A DNA stretch of 63,847 nucleotides, filler included, from Rhabdomonas costata (GCA_019059605.1; 39 parts of 39 records of this genome joined end to end with filler, not necessarily neighbours in it); one strand, 5' to 3'. Shown: positions 36,430-48,694, numbered from the whole stretch's first letter. Program-made: numbers and translations. Notes: generated by a model not told the origin, from the letters alone.

Positions 36430-37171
36430 ATCGCCTTCCCGAGCGCCATACAAGCGGTGTGCTGCTGCACCAGCATCCAGCAACAGCTTCTTCTGTTGGA
36501 CTGGCCGGAGGCCATTCTCAACACAGAGTCGGGCACTGCTGTATTTACCGATGACCACACGCTGTTGTGGAGAGGTACGTGTTGTCATATGAGAAACAAA
36601 GTCACACACACAGACACACTTCTTGCCGTTTTGCTTTTTGAACCTGGGTTCTGTACGGCCATTTTCGATGTCGGGAGATTTTCCCCCAGAATGGATTTCT
36701 GGCCAGAGATTTAGCATCGGTTGCGGGGATTGAGTTTTTGCGGTTTCGGATGACGTGTCCCTTCCGTGATTTTGTTTCAGAGAATATCCTTGAATTGGCT
36801 CGTCTCGCAGTTTGACTCCCCTTCGCCTGATCATATCCTGCCGTGTGCGTCGGCTTTGGTGCCGAGGGGGCATCGCGGGTTGATCCGCGATAAAGGAAGC
36901 AGGACTCCTTCGCCAGCTCCATGGCTTGTTGGGGTGTCTTGCAGGGCTGCGGGTCCGAATGGGGTTGCAAATCGGGGAGCCCGAGGTGGTGGTTGACTTC
37001 GCCACCCGCAGAGTGGACTATCTGGGCCACGTGGTGAACCAGGCCGCCCGAGTGGAGTCCAAGGCCCATGGCGGAGAGATCTGCTTGACCAAGGACGTCA
37101 TGGAGGTCATCCGTCACGCACCCCAGTTCGACGACTGGGTCATCGACTTCATCGGTGAGCACTCCTTTAAG
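36430..37171 (+). CDS. Class III adenylate cyclase catalytic domain (exons 36430-36574, 36945-37171)
   Basis: IAF...IQQQLL..DWPEAIL...LLWRGLRVRMG...DYLGHVVNQAARVESKAHGGEI. Confidence 0.92.
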
Positions 37172-37408
37172 GTCTGCTGTGGCCGCCCAACGCGCTGCGC
37201 TCCGTTTCGCTTCACTTTTCTTTAAACAGTGCTTCGGAGTGGGTCGCCATTGCCGGCATCCAGCATCTGGTCTGCAACACTCAGTCGATCCTCTTGTTCT
37301 TTATCGCCACTACTATGCCGTCGACACTAATTGAAAATAACAATGGTCGATCCTTATTCGCTGAATTGTAGTCCATGTTTTGATCATGACCGCGGGGGTT
37401 CGGAGTGA

Positions 37409-37622
37409 TGGAAGGTATTTTCCCATCGATTACCAGCAATCGGGATGTTCTCAGATCGTACCCCATGGAGGTTCTGAAGAACCCCTCAGAAAAGTTAGCA
37501 CCGTAGCCCATGCTACTATTAAACGTTTAATTGGCATTTTTCTGAGGGGTTCTTCAGAACCTCCATGGGGTACGATCTGAGAACATCCCGATTGCTGGTA
37601 ATCGATGGGAAAATACCTTCCA
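37409..37622. repeat. Perfect 85-bp inverted repeat (37409-37493 / 37538-37622) at contig end
   Basis: Arms are exact reverse complements around a 44-nt loop. Confidence 0.9.
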
Positions 37623-38401
37623 ACNNNNNNNNNNNNNNNNNNNNNNNNNNNNNNNNNNNNNNNNNNNNTTAATTAATTAANNNNNNNNNNNNNNNNNNNN
37701 NNNNNNNNNNNNNNNNNNNNNNNNGGTGTTGGTGGCAAAGAGGCAGGAGACGGTTCTTGAAGCCGAGCTTGATCTGATTTGGTCCATATGCGTAGAGGAC
37801 GTGCGCATTCTGTCTTCAAGTATCACGCACACATCCAACAATCCTCAAACTACGCCCCCTCCTCTTGCTCCAGTCTTCAAACTAGGCACGAAAATAGCCC
37901 TCAAAGCCAGACAAGGCACGACAGAGACATTGGTATGTGAGGGCAGGGGAGGTGCAGAGGAGAGTGGCCAGGACCACCATTCCCATAGCTATCACAATCA
38001 TCGCTTTCGAAGAGTTTTCCTGAAGACGACGCCCCAAAAGGGTGAAAACAGAGAAGCAAAGGAGAGCAAGACAATCGCCAAAAATAATGCAGCACCCCGC
38101 GGTGTTGAAATGGGAAGTAGAGAAAGCCACGCAGAAACAAAGAGAGAAAGAGAGTGGCCAGAGAAGAGGCGAGAGCAGAGGAGCCTGAAAAAAGTCCATG
38201 AGGAAAGACTCAGATGGGCCGGTTCTGGTCTTCAAAGGCATCGTCGTCATCATCCACGGCATGCCGCAGGGGGTGGTAATCAGCACTGAACGCTACGAAG
38301 AAGGGAGAATAATAAAATAAACTAGGAGTGCGTCCCTTTGCGGATGTACAACTCGGTAGGAAATGGGAACTCGGAATGTCCCCAGTGAAGAACTTCCTCA
38401 C

Positions 38402-38436
<35 letters not shown>

Positions 38437-38724
38437 GGCACTCCCTCTTTTCTGGCGGGAAGTATGATTCGAAAGAGCGCCATATCACACCTTCAGTCGA
38501 ATAGAACCCAGATTAACCTAAAACTTCTTCGGATGCTATGGAGCACACTGTACGCCGTTTTCCAGACGCACAATTAACAATGCTTTGCAGACTAGAGGCG
38601 AGTTCCTGCAAGCAGGCCGGCCGGTCCACATGCAAACCTTTTCTCGGGGGCAAGGGAGGCCTGTGAAGCCATGCAGGGTTTGCGTGAGGGAAGCAGAGAG
38701 AGAATGTGAATGAAAATGAACACC

Positions 38725-38940
38725 GCCCGTGATCCGGCTCCAGAACGGGGGGATCGTGGGCAGCGGCACGACGTAACCCTGGCGCTTCAGCAGCATCACT
38801 GCCGTGGCGCCTAGACCGCCCAGCAGAACCGCGGTGAACAGCACAAGCATCACCGTTCGCAGCCATCTCCCGCCGGACCCGCGGGAGGGGTGAAGGTCTG
38901 CGTGGCCATGCACCAACACCCACAAGCACACACCGGCGCC
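38725..38940 (-). CDS. Single-pass membrane protein exon
   Basis: TVMLVLFTAVLLGGLGATAVMLL followed by KR (TM helix plus stop-transfer). Confidence 0.4.
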
Positions 38941-39442
38941 CTGGAATATGGTGGCCAACATGGCTATGATAAGACACGTAGGGGGGGCGGGGGTAGAATG
39001 CTCCCTTTTCCAACGCAGGATTTTGTCTTAGAAGTAATGCAGCGACGAGCTCGGGACACAAGAAATATAGAGTCAGCAGAACCGACGCCAGCTACGCCGA
39101 CAAAAAGGAAACAGCATTTGACATTAATTGGTTGGTGCTGAAGAGTGCCAGTAGAGAAGGAAGAAAAATGAGAATGTGACTGACGTGAGCACCCCCCAAA
39201 TAACTTTGAAGCAAAACGAAAACAGGCACAGCAAAAATTCTCCAACGGAAGCAACCGAGTCAAGANNNNNNNNNNNNNNNNNNNNNNNNNNNNNNNNNNN
39301 NNNNNNNNNTTAATTAATTAANNNNNNNNNNNNNNNNNNNNNNNNNNNNNNNNNNNNNNNNNNNNGGTGGTGTGTGATGGCAACGCTGTGCTGTTTTTGT
39401 TTCCTTCCCTTTCTGACTTTGTTTGCTTACATTTGCTTCCAG

Positions 39443-39543
39443 GAACACACAAGCCAGCACGTGCCACTTACGCTGTGGCTGCTCTCCCACGTGGTGCAAA
39501 AGTGGAAATCGAGGCCATTGCTGCTGTTTCCAAAGCGGCGTGA
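39443..39543 (+). CDS. RIDA: RidA/YjgF family enamine deaminase, terminal exon
   Basis: HKPARATYAVAALPRGAKVEIEAIA followed by a stop. Confidence 0.92.
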
Positions 39544-39966
39544 ACGGAATTGTGGTGGTCTTGTTCCCCGCAAGCGGTGACCGCTTGCGGCACATTTTGA
39601 ACCGGAGACTTTTTTGTGTTCCGCGGTGACGTGCTGTCATCACGATGCGCGTGGTGGGTCAGTTATTTTCTTTTCGTTTTGCACTTTGATGTCTGCGGAA
39701 TACCCCACTGCATATGGCCCTCACTGGGCGTGTTGCGTCGCAGCCAAAAAGTCTGTCACGCACGTGAAATACCCTTCCAGCCACAAGCCGGGGATTTCTT
39801 GAGTTGAGGATGTGGAAGGTCGCCGACATAATATTTGGAAAAGGGCTGCCTGCTACTGAGAGAGTGTTATTCGGCCATCCTCTCGCTGCTGGAACGTTTT
39901 TTTCTTCTTCTTCCTCTCTGTGGTTTCTTTTGCAGTACCTTTGACGTTAGCTCATGCCGTCCCAAA

Positions 39967-40441
39967 ATGGAACCTTCCCTTTCCGCCCTGCTTGTTTTGT
40001 CCCTGATTTTGCTATTGGAAAGAGGCTGCTGCCAAGAAGCGGATCTCCGATTTAACTTTGCCTCCGCTGATTTGGGTGCGAGGGTAAGCCTTTTTTATTT
40101 CTTTTTTGTGATTGTAAGGATTGAAGTCTTGCACTCGCGGTTGCAATGTGCGGAAGAGCTTGTCCAGTGAAATGAGAGACAAAAACGAAAGTTAGATAAA
40201 GGCTCCATGGTTTACCTGGTCACGGCGGAGGCTGACCCTCGCGTTTTTTTGTCCAATTTCTTCAAATTGTCTGTGTTCAAAGCACTTAGCTTGAATCCAC
40301 ACATTTTTGAATCTTCTTTCTGAATTGGTGGTATCCATGATCCATGGATGATGACATCGTTTTCTGGTGCCCCGCCAGGTGTTATCCGCGAATCCCGAGG
40401 CCAAAGGTGCACATCAAGTGCTCTTCTCGGACAGAGACAAG
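39967..40441 (+). CDS. Mid-SUN domain protein (Slp1/SUCO/SUN3-like), first exons (39967-40083, 40379-40441)
   Basis: Signal peptide, then RFNFASADLGARVLSANPEAKGAHQVLFSDRDK, matching YNYASASKGAKVLSANKEAKGA..IL..D.DK. Confidence 0.85.
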
Positions 40442-41591
40442 GTGTTGCAGGGTGCTCTCTCTGTGTCCGCCGGCCTCAAAGTGGTGCTCACGGCCCTCCC
40501 TTTTCTATCCTGTCGCAAGTGCTAATTACTAATTGCACATCGTCCACGGAACGCACTCCACTTTACACAAACGCGCTTTCGCCTGCCTTGAACAGCGGTC
40601 ATGACTCTGGGGTGACCACAATTTGGCGATATAATGACAGTGGAGTGTGTTTTATCACTCTTGCTCCTGCCGAAGCAGGCCTGCATTTTATTCTCTAGAA
40701 TTTTTTTCAGCCAAAAAAGAAGAGTATGAGGTCATTATTATGGACGGATATAAGAGAGCCCAAACTCTCAGCCCTCTGTCCCCCAATTCCAACTGAGCTG
40801 AACTGTGCGTCAACGTATTTTGACCTTGCTTGTTTTTTTTGTAGTATCTTCTCATTCCCTGCATCGCGGCGCGAAAGTGGAATGAGAAGATACTACAAAA
40901 AAACNNNNNNNNNNNNNNNNNNNNNNNNNNNNNNNNNNNNNNNNNNNNTTAATTAATTAANNNNNNNNNNNNNNNNNNNNNNNNNNNNNNNNNNNNNNNN
41001 NNNNGGGGGGTTGTGATCCCCGGCTCTTTGTGCAATCGCATCTGCTGAACTGCAGCTGTCTCCATTGTCCCATTTGTGGCCTGAATATCTCGCACGGTAC
41101 CCCGTGCATCGGCGTTGCTGGGGTGTCGCCGTGCTCAGTGCTCATGGCCGTTACAAGTTGCTTGTGAAATGTACCGAAGCGCTTTCTCACCTTCTTGCTC
41201 TAAAAAACGGAAAAGCCTGAGGTTAATATGACAAAAACGGTGAACCCGACTTCAGTTCAGTCACACTGTGATTTTGTCCTCAGCATGTAAGCGTAGTCAA
41301 TTATGTTTGGGATAATTGTTATCCCTTACCTCCGTCGACAGGTTAAGCTCTTTTCAATTTCATGGGCCCTCTCTTCTGTGGACCTCCTTAGGCTTCTCCG
41401 CCTTCGCATTGGATGTGGTGGCCAACAAACGTGCTTTTCTATCATTTGCCCAATTCCGGCGCTTCACAAGCACAAAACACAGAATAGTCGGCAAACACGG
41501 TCCCGGGAAGTCTGCCTTATATGACACACAAATGAGGCTGTCTGGCAAGATCTTCTTCTTCGCTCACTGTGCCCTCACCTCAGCACTGCAG

Positions 41592-42079
41592 GCTTTGCCG
41601 CAGCAACCTTACCTCTGCAGACGAGAATGGGAGGACCCTCTTCGCTCACCTTTGCCAGTCAAAGGGTGGTGGCCATGAGGATGTGGCCTCTTTTGGGAAG
41701 CGTCTTGAATTCGCCCCATCCAAATCTTCTGCGCTGTGCATTATATCGTTTGCTCCATTCGATAACAAGACTTGCAGCACAGATGTCTCTGAACCCAGGG
41801 GAAAACCACATTCCAGTCACAACCACGACAATACCTTCGCTCCTCCGTGAAGAGGCCTTCCCTTTCCACTGATGCAGATCGACTGACCGACAGTTAATCT
41901 ACTTACGCTGCAGCCCCCTGCAACCTTCAGGAGTAACGTGTTCCCGTGACAATACTTTGCGATGCTTTCCCGCACCAACCTCACCGCCGCAGACGAGAAT
42001 GGGAGGACCCGCTTCGCTCACTTGGCCCAGTGGGAGACCGGATGGCCGTGAGAATGCGGGCTCTTTGGGAAGCATCTTG
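41592..42079 (+). pseudogene. Two degenerate ankyrin-like direct repeats (41592-41707, 41964-42079)
   Basis: Shared 22-nt core GCAGACGAGAATGGGAGGACCC; translates to NLT.ADENGRT...HL...GH.DV with frame disruptions. Confidence 0.5.
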
Positions 42080-43536
42080 TTCCGCATTTCGCTGGCCATT
42101 TAGCTGTTACTGCTCTCTTTGGCGCGAGCCCCCTCTAAGTCGTCATTCAATTTCTTTCCATGCATGCCGCCTGGTCAATGGCGCCCCATCATTTCTTCCG
42201 CGAGCCCGATCTCAATGTCATGTTGCTGTGGAGGCATCCGTAGTGTTTCTGTATCTTGCAGGTGTAGCTTTCTGTTCATTTCTATTCACTCCATACCACA
42301 CAACAGTACCTCATACAGCAGAATTACCAAAATGGTCTCATCTAGTCGTCCGCAACGGCAACGGGTTTTTGAACGTTCGAATTCTTCGCTTCACAAACGA
42401 AAGAACCTTTATCCTTCAGGCGGAGCTGAAGATCGCTGGGCTCAGCCAGGTGGACCTCTCCCCCCTCACCACATGCTTCCTGAAGGGCCTGCTGGACACG
42501 TACCAGCCCCCTGGTCTGCCCTCCTAACGCACCCCCACAAAACNNNNNNNNNNNNNNNNNNNNNNNNNNNNNNNNNNNNNNNNNNNNTTAATTAATTAAN
42601 NNNNNNNNNNNNNNNNNNNNNNNNNNNNNNNNNNNNNNNNNNNAAGCCAAAGGGGTGGAAATTTTGGGTAATTCTTTTCGGCCCGTGAAGGTGAGAAAAG
42701 GCGAAAATCGGCTGTGGGGACAAAGGAGAAGCAATGGAATACAAGATCAGCATTCGTGCAAAGGTAATCCGTAGAGTTTCGAAAGGCGCTCGCCAAAAAA
42801 ACCAAATCATTGGAATCGGGTGATGGTTTGAATTGTTTCACTTGCAGCTATGTAACAGCGGATATATCGTTCGTGTTCGTAATTATATATATGACATGCA
42901 AAAAGCGGCGGTAACGTTCGCAAATCTTGGATTTCCCTCTCATGTGTAAAGTGTAACGGGCAGGGCGTGCCGTAATTCCTCATGTCCTTTGTTGTTGGGA
43001 TGGGATGGTTCCAGATATTTTTTTAAAATCGTAAGCCCATCATTGGTGACTCCCGGAGCCTTTTGGGCCTTTTGTTTTTGCCACCAGGACTTAGCCGGAA
43101 GAGAGAGAGGCACTGCTCCGGCCGAGGCCACACTGGGAACCTCCCGTACTTGCCGTCTCCATGTTCTGTAAAACAAAACAATGCAAGATGGGGATGGGGA
43201 CTCACCCCGATATCAATGCCCTTCTTTCATGAATGGAGAATTTGTGTTAAATTGAGATTTGAAACTCACAGCAATCTCCCACCCCCATCCACACCCGCCC
43301 CGAAAACAATCAACTGAGGACGAAGGCTTGTACCAGGCGTGTATGTCGGGTGTGCGCCGCAGAGGCTGAGTCAAGGCCACATAAACATCTCAAAGGCAGA
43401 CAACTCGAAGCCACTATTGCCCCGATGCCGCTATGCACACCACGGGAGAAGCAGGACCGGAGGCAAGATAAAAAACGAGCGAGCAACTGGGAAGCGCGTC
43501 CAAAGGCATCTGAAAGATGCCACCCAAGAAACTCCC

Positions 43537-43920
43537 TCAGCGCGACTTCTTGCGCTTGCCCTGGGACGGCTTCTCCCCAGTGTTCTTCCAGTACAGCAGG
43601 AACTGCAGCACAATTACTGCGTTCAGGAAGCCATTCAGCAGGAACCCTGCCAGGATGGAGACATCCCGGGAGCCCACCCAGGTCGTCAGCACCCTGGCCG
43701 CACACCCGCCCCCGCTCAGAACAAAGGTGATCAGCGCAAGCTGGCCCGTGCTCTTAGCGCGGTAGTTCGCGAGGATCTGTGGCACCCGGCTGAACGCGGC
43801 CACGGGGATCTGCACCGCATTCATGAGGAAGGTGGTCAGGGGAAGGGGCATGGTGCCCGTCAGGACGCACCCAACCCAAGCAGCGTACGCCACGGGCAGG
43901 ACGACCATCACAGGCCCCAG
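43537..43920 (-). CDS. MPDU1: Mannose-P-dolichol utilization defect 1 (PQ-loop) protein, terminal exon
   Basis: SRVPQILANYRAKSTGQLALITFVLSGGGCAARVLTT...LNAVIVLQFLLYW and a basic C-terminus. Confidence 0.93.
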   Translation of the reverse strand: MGPVMVVLPVAYAAWVGCVLTGTMPLPLTTFLMNAVQIPVAAFSRVPQILANYRAKSTGQLALITFVLSGGGCAARVLTTWVGSRDVSILAGFLLNGFLNAVIVLQFLLYWKNTGEKPSQGKRKKSR

Positions 43921-44118
43921 CTGCAAAGCACGGGAAAGAGGAAAGAAACAAGCATGCCGACTTTTGGAATCGAACAATCCGAACAAGTGTACCACTTTCC
44001 AGTAAAGACAATAGCCGAGAAGTTTTCCTCAACAGCTGTTTCAGGGCCAAATGCTCCTTTCTCCTCATTGCATTTGGATAGTTCAGCAAACTGAAACCCG
44101 CCAACTGCTGGGAGACAA

Positions 44119-44126
44119 GCATCATT

Positions 44127-44160
<34 letters not shown>
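44119..44160. repeat. (TCA)n trinucleotide repeat
   Basis: Read directly. Confidence 0.9.
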
Positions 44161-44162
<2 letters not shown>

Positions 44163-44282
44163 GTCTGAAGAACCACACAAACNNNNNNNNNNNNNNNNNN
44201 NNNNNNNNNNNNNNNNNNNNNNNNNNTTAATTAATTAANNNNNNNNNNNNNNNNNNNNNNNNNNNNNNNNNNNNNNNNNNNN

Positions 44283-45821
44283 CACAGTCATCTCCGCCGC
44301 GTACGATGGAGCACTGTCTAAAGCCGCGTCGGTGCTGATCTCTGCGCAGCCTCCTTTGGCTGATCCCAAAGAAGCTGAGCCTGCCCTACGTGCTCTCCAC
44401 CCCTCAAGACCGGAGTCGGCCTATACCCGAGCCGTCTGCAATGTACTCCTCTGGTGATCATCTGGATTGTGAATTCGAACCGGCTGAAATCTTGAAAGCC
44501 GCACGCTCTTTCCCACCAGGCTCCACGGGGGGCCCCTCGGGATTGCGTCCGTCCCACATTGCAGAGGCGCTTAAGACGGACGATTCGGGTGAACTTGCAC
44601 AAGCTCTTGCCTCGTTGGCGACAGATCTTATCAATGGCCGTTTGCCAGAGGCGGCACGAGGGTGGTTTTGCGGGGCACGCTTAATCGGAATTCCCAAAAA
44701 GCCGAGTGGTGTCCGACCGATAGCAGTCGGCGAGACCCTTCGTCGCCTCTCAGCGAAGTGCCTTGTAGCACAAGCTCAGGGGTCCGCTGCAGAAGCTCTA
44801 CGTCCACAGCAGATGGGGGTGGATGTGCCTCAGGCAGCAGAAGTCCTCGCGCACGGAATCAGAGCTTGGGCACAGTCTGCTCGCGCTGATGAAGTTGCGC
44901 TGTTTGTGGATTTTTCTAATGCCTACAACTCCCTCGACCGCCAGCGCATGTTGGACGCAATCGCGACCTTTGCGCCACGCTTCTGGAAGTATGCATGGTA
45001 CTGCTACGGGGCCCCCTGCCCACTGATAGGTCGAGGCTTCACGCTTGAGTCTTCGGAAGGCACGCAGCAGGGAGATGTATGTGGCCCTCTTTTCTTCGCA
45101 CTCACACTCAAGCTGCTTCTTGATAAGCACCTCAAGGATAGCCCCACAGGCTGGTCTCGATGGTACTTGGACGACGGCACCCTGTGCGGCCACCGGGACA
45201 CTGTGGCAGCCATGTTCCGAGCCATTTGCGAGCATGCACCTGAAATTGGGTTGCATGTGAATCCTGCCAAGTGCAAGGTGTGGGGCCCTCACGCTGTGGC
45301 TGCCGATTGGCCGGTCCCTGTGGTTCCCTGGGACTCTGGGGTCAACGTGCTGGGCATTCCTGTGGGTTCTCGTGCATTTGTAGCAGGCGAGTGCGCTTCA
45401 GTGGTTTCTAAACTGTCCGAAGCGCTGAGACGGCTTCCACTGCTCGCGGATTCGTTTGTGGCATTTCATTTGCTCCGTAGCTGCCTGTCTGCCTGCCGTG
45501 TGACCCATCTTCTTCGAGCCCTTTCGTTCGACAGTGGAGCCTCTCTGGCAGACCAGGCGAGGCGGGCCATCAAAGATGCCCTGAATGGCGTGGTCGGGGC
45601 ACCTCTGTCGGAACAGCAGTGGGCACTCGCCAGTCTTCCTACCCGCTTGGGTGGCCTGGGCGTATTGGACCCTTCTTCTGTGCAGCCGGCTGCGCATCTT
45701 TCCTCTTTCCTGTCGACGTCGTTGGAGGCAATCACATTCCGCCTTCCTCAGCTGGACGTCAGTCACGGTCAGTTAATAGCCCTTGCTCAGTTGACACCTT
45801 CGGCACGCGCGTGGACCGAAG
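44283..45821 (+). mobile_element. Non-LTR retrotransposon, CRE/SLACS/Cnl1-like reverse transcriptase (internal fragment, one frameshift)
   Basis: GPSGLRPSHI, GARLIGIPKK..GVRPIAVGE.LRRL, DFSNAYNSLDR, GTQQGDVCGPLFF, WYLDDG, LGIPVGS, ASLPTRLGGLG; intronless. Confidence 0.92.
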
Positions 45822-45928
45822 NNNNNNNNNNNNNNNNNNNNNNNNNNNNNNNNNNNNNNNNNNNNTTAATTAATTAANNNNNNNNNNNNNNNNNNNNNNN
45901 NNNNNNNNNNNNNNNNNNNNNGTTTTTG

Positions 45929-46215
45929 TGTAACGACCGCTCCACGCCTCCAAGCTAGAGAATGCCTAAACGGAAGTGAGGGGGTCCTGGGGGGAATCAC
46001 CCTACAGCAGCCCGAGTGCCGGCCCCTCTAGTAGGTGAGGAAACAACACCCCAACGAGGGGCCTGGTGTTCAAAGGCAAACGAGGCGAAAAGCAGTGAGG
46101 GGCGACAGAAGAATGCCCCGCGTATGAGAGAGAGATAGACCTTTCTCAGCAATCATATTAACTTATATTAAGTCTCGCGACTGCTTGAGGCACCTGCTGG
46201 CCCCCTTGTTCCACA
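45929..46215 (-). mobile_element. Possible solo LTR
   Basis: TGT...ACA-bounded segment of about 287 bp with a TATA-like TAATATAAG; no target-site duplication or primer-binding site can be verified. Confidence 0.2.
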
Positions 46216-47722
46216 AGGAAGTCCTGGTTGGGGTGGGGCCAGAGTTGCCGTAATACTAACGCCTAATCGAGACCATGATATGGATTGGAGCCGATTTCGG
46301 TGCCTGAAAGTATCCATACCAGTGTTCTCCCTTCACACCCAGCTCTCTCTCTCTCTCGTGTGTGTGTGTGTGTGTTGTGTGCGTGCTGGGGACTTGTGCT
46401 GACTCCTCTTCGGTCATGCTGTCTTTTTATCTTCACTTTTGGTCCTTCCCTGTGTACTCGGGTACTCGCACACCCGCAACATTCATTGTTGAGGGTCATC
46501 CAACAGCTCACTTTCTCTGCTTCCCGGCCCCCTCCCTTCGTCCCTCTCACTCCCCCTTTTCTGTTTCGATCTGTATTAGTTTGTTTGTGTTCCACATGAA
46601 CTCTCCGATGTTTTCCACCGCAGTTACCTTTCTCTGACTTCCCGTTCTCCTTCGTATCCTTCCTCCAATTTCCGTTTCTTGTTTCGGACATTCTCTATTG
46701 TTTGCAATCCATCGGTCTTTTTTTGTTCCTTGTTGTAAAATTGTCACTTGTGGTGCTGCTCCAGCGGTTGGCAGAACCTCTGCTCGTCGCGTTTCCACAA
46801 ATTGCGTGCTGAGGGGGCTGTGCTCTTTTCCGAGAAAATAGTCTCTGTTGCTAAAGTTTGTGAGCTGTTTTTGGAATTAATTGTGATCCGAAGGCCTTCT
46901 CCCTATCCGAGCCCCTGGTGGCTGTGAAGTCTGCGAGACCTGCCGCCAAACGTGCAGCCGTTGTGCCGAGATACTAATATGTGTGCATTTTGATTTGGCG
47001 TTCAAGTTTGGCACACAAGGCGTCCAAGCAGCGGAGCCGGAAGAGAGAGAGAGACCTCCAAGAGAATCAAGGGCTCCAGGGCGTGAACGCCACGCACTAA
47101 GTTGACCAAGGCCAGCAGCGCAAAGTTGATCACAGCCACCTCCTCGGAAACACCAAGCCAGTGTTGGTCTGGACCAAAACACAGATGAAAAGACATCACT
47201 GGCAGGGCTTTGTGCAAAGCGGGAGCAAAAAATCTTGCGCAGAAAACACACAACACAAATCAGCTGTTGAGACACTGAGGCGCCGACCCTATGTCATTCC
47301 TCTAGGCCTAAACAATCCAGAAAAGACCTAAGGCATCCCGGAGAAATTCCGGTGCCAGCATGGAATTTTTCTATTTATCTCATGCTGAGCTGGGGTTCTG
47401 TATGCAGACCAAAGGTTAAAAAGGTCCCCAACACTCTTGGAGACGGCGGATTCCAAACACNNNNNNNNNNNNNNNNNNNNNNNNNNNNNNNNNNNNNNNN
47501 NNNNTTAATTAATTAANNNNNNNNNNNNNNNNNNNNNNNNNNNNNNNNNNNNNNNNNNNNGTTGGGTGTGGTGTCACAGGGCAAAAATTACCTCATTGTT
47601 CAGGTGGCCACCGGCCTCAAAATGTGATCCACGACGGGCGCTGAATTGAACATGGCATGCGTGTGCGGGTCCACCCAGCTCAGCCCCGCCCAGAGGTTCT
47701 TTTTGTCAGAAAGGGAGTCAAC

Positions 47723-48694
47723 CTGGGAGGCCAGCAGGCCCACAAAGAGCCCCACCCCAGCCAAGGAGTGGGAGGTGGAAGCGGAGGCGGCGCCGTGGTG
47801 CACGGCCAGGCTCGCAAGGATGCCCGCGGCCAGCCCCACTGCCACCCCAACGGCGCGCAGGGAGATCCACTTCTTCACCGGTGGGGGGCGGTGCTGGAAG
47901 TGCAGCAGGCCCTCATAGAAGTTGCTCACCGCAAACACCGCGTCGCACGGCCATCGGTGGGGGTGCCGCAGGTCCTCAGCACAGACCTTTTCGGGGTTGG
48001 GCCAAAGAAAGAAGACAATACTGTTGGCGTGACTGTATGGGATCAGGTTATGCCAATTCAGGGCAATGCCAAATGCCAAATCAATGCCAAAAGCTCACAC
48101 AAGTCCAGTCATTCCCCCAAAAAACTCATTACAAACCGGTGCGAGGAATGCCAAAACTGCAATAGCATGAAGGGTGAACCGGGGGAGGGGACTTTCTTGA
48201 GAGGTCTCGACCGTCTCTGTAAGCTGATGTTGCGGATGAAACTTTTGCAGCGGAACTCATGCGGTAGAAATGGAGGTGGAGGCGTGGAGACGTGCAGATT
48301 TCGTTTCCTAGTTTTATGAGCAACCACCCGCCCCCAACATACGTGATTGCGGATGCTGTACCACTGCACATCCTGGTAGGGCTCGACGAACAGATCCCTC
48401 CGCAGCTCGCTCACCAAAGGGGTCAGCGGGGCCTGGTATCGGGACCCCGAGAGCAGGCTCATGGGGAGGTACACCGTGCGGGCGTAGGACCACATCCGGG
48501 AGGGGTGAAAGGGCAGCCACCGCGGCAGCAGCCAGGACTCCACCAGGAGGGAGTTGAAGGCCTCCCACTGGAACACCCCCAGCACAGCGAGCCAAAACTT
48601 CCCCCACTGGGGAATCCCCACCACTCCCCCGCGGCTGCGGATCCAGTTCCGCGCCAGAACGGCCGCGGGGTGGCCGTGGGGAAGACCCATGATG
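47723..48694 (-). CDS. Oxidosqualene cyclase family protein (exons 48343-48694, about 47723-47986)
   Basis: ARNWIRSRGG...IPQWGKFWLAVLGVFQW...WLLPRWLPFHPSRMWSYARTVYLPMS...LRRDLFVEPY...W...RNHVCAEDL.HPH. Confidence 0.93.

Noticed and set aside
36034-37005. 323-aa minus-strand ORF
   Set aside because: It is the antisense shadow of the adenylate cyclase exons and intron.
43339-44094. 251-aa plus-strand ORF
   Set aside because: It is antisense to the MPDU1 exon.
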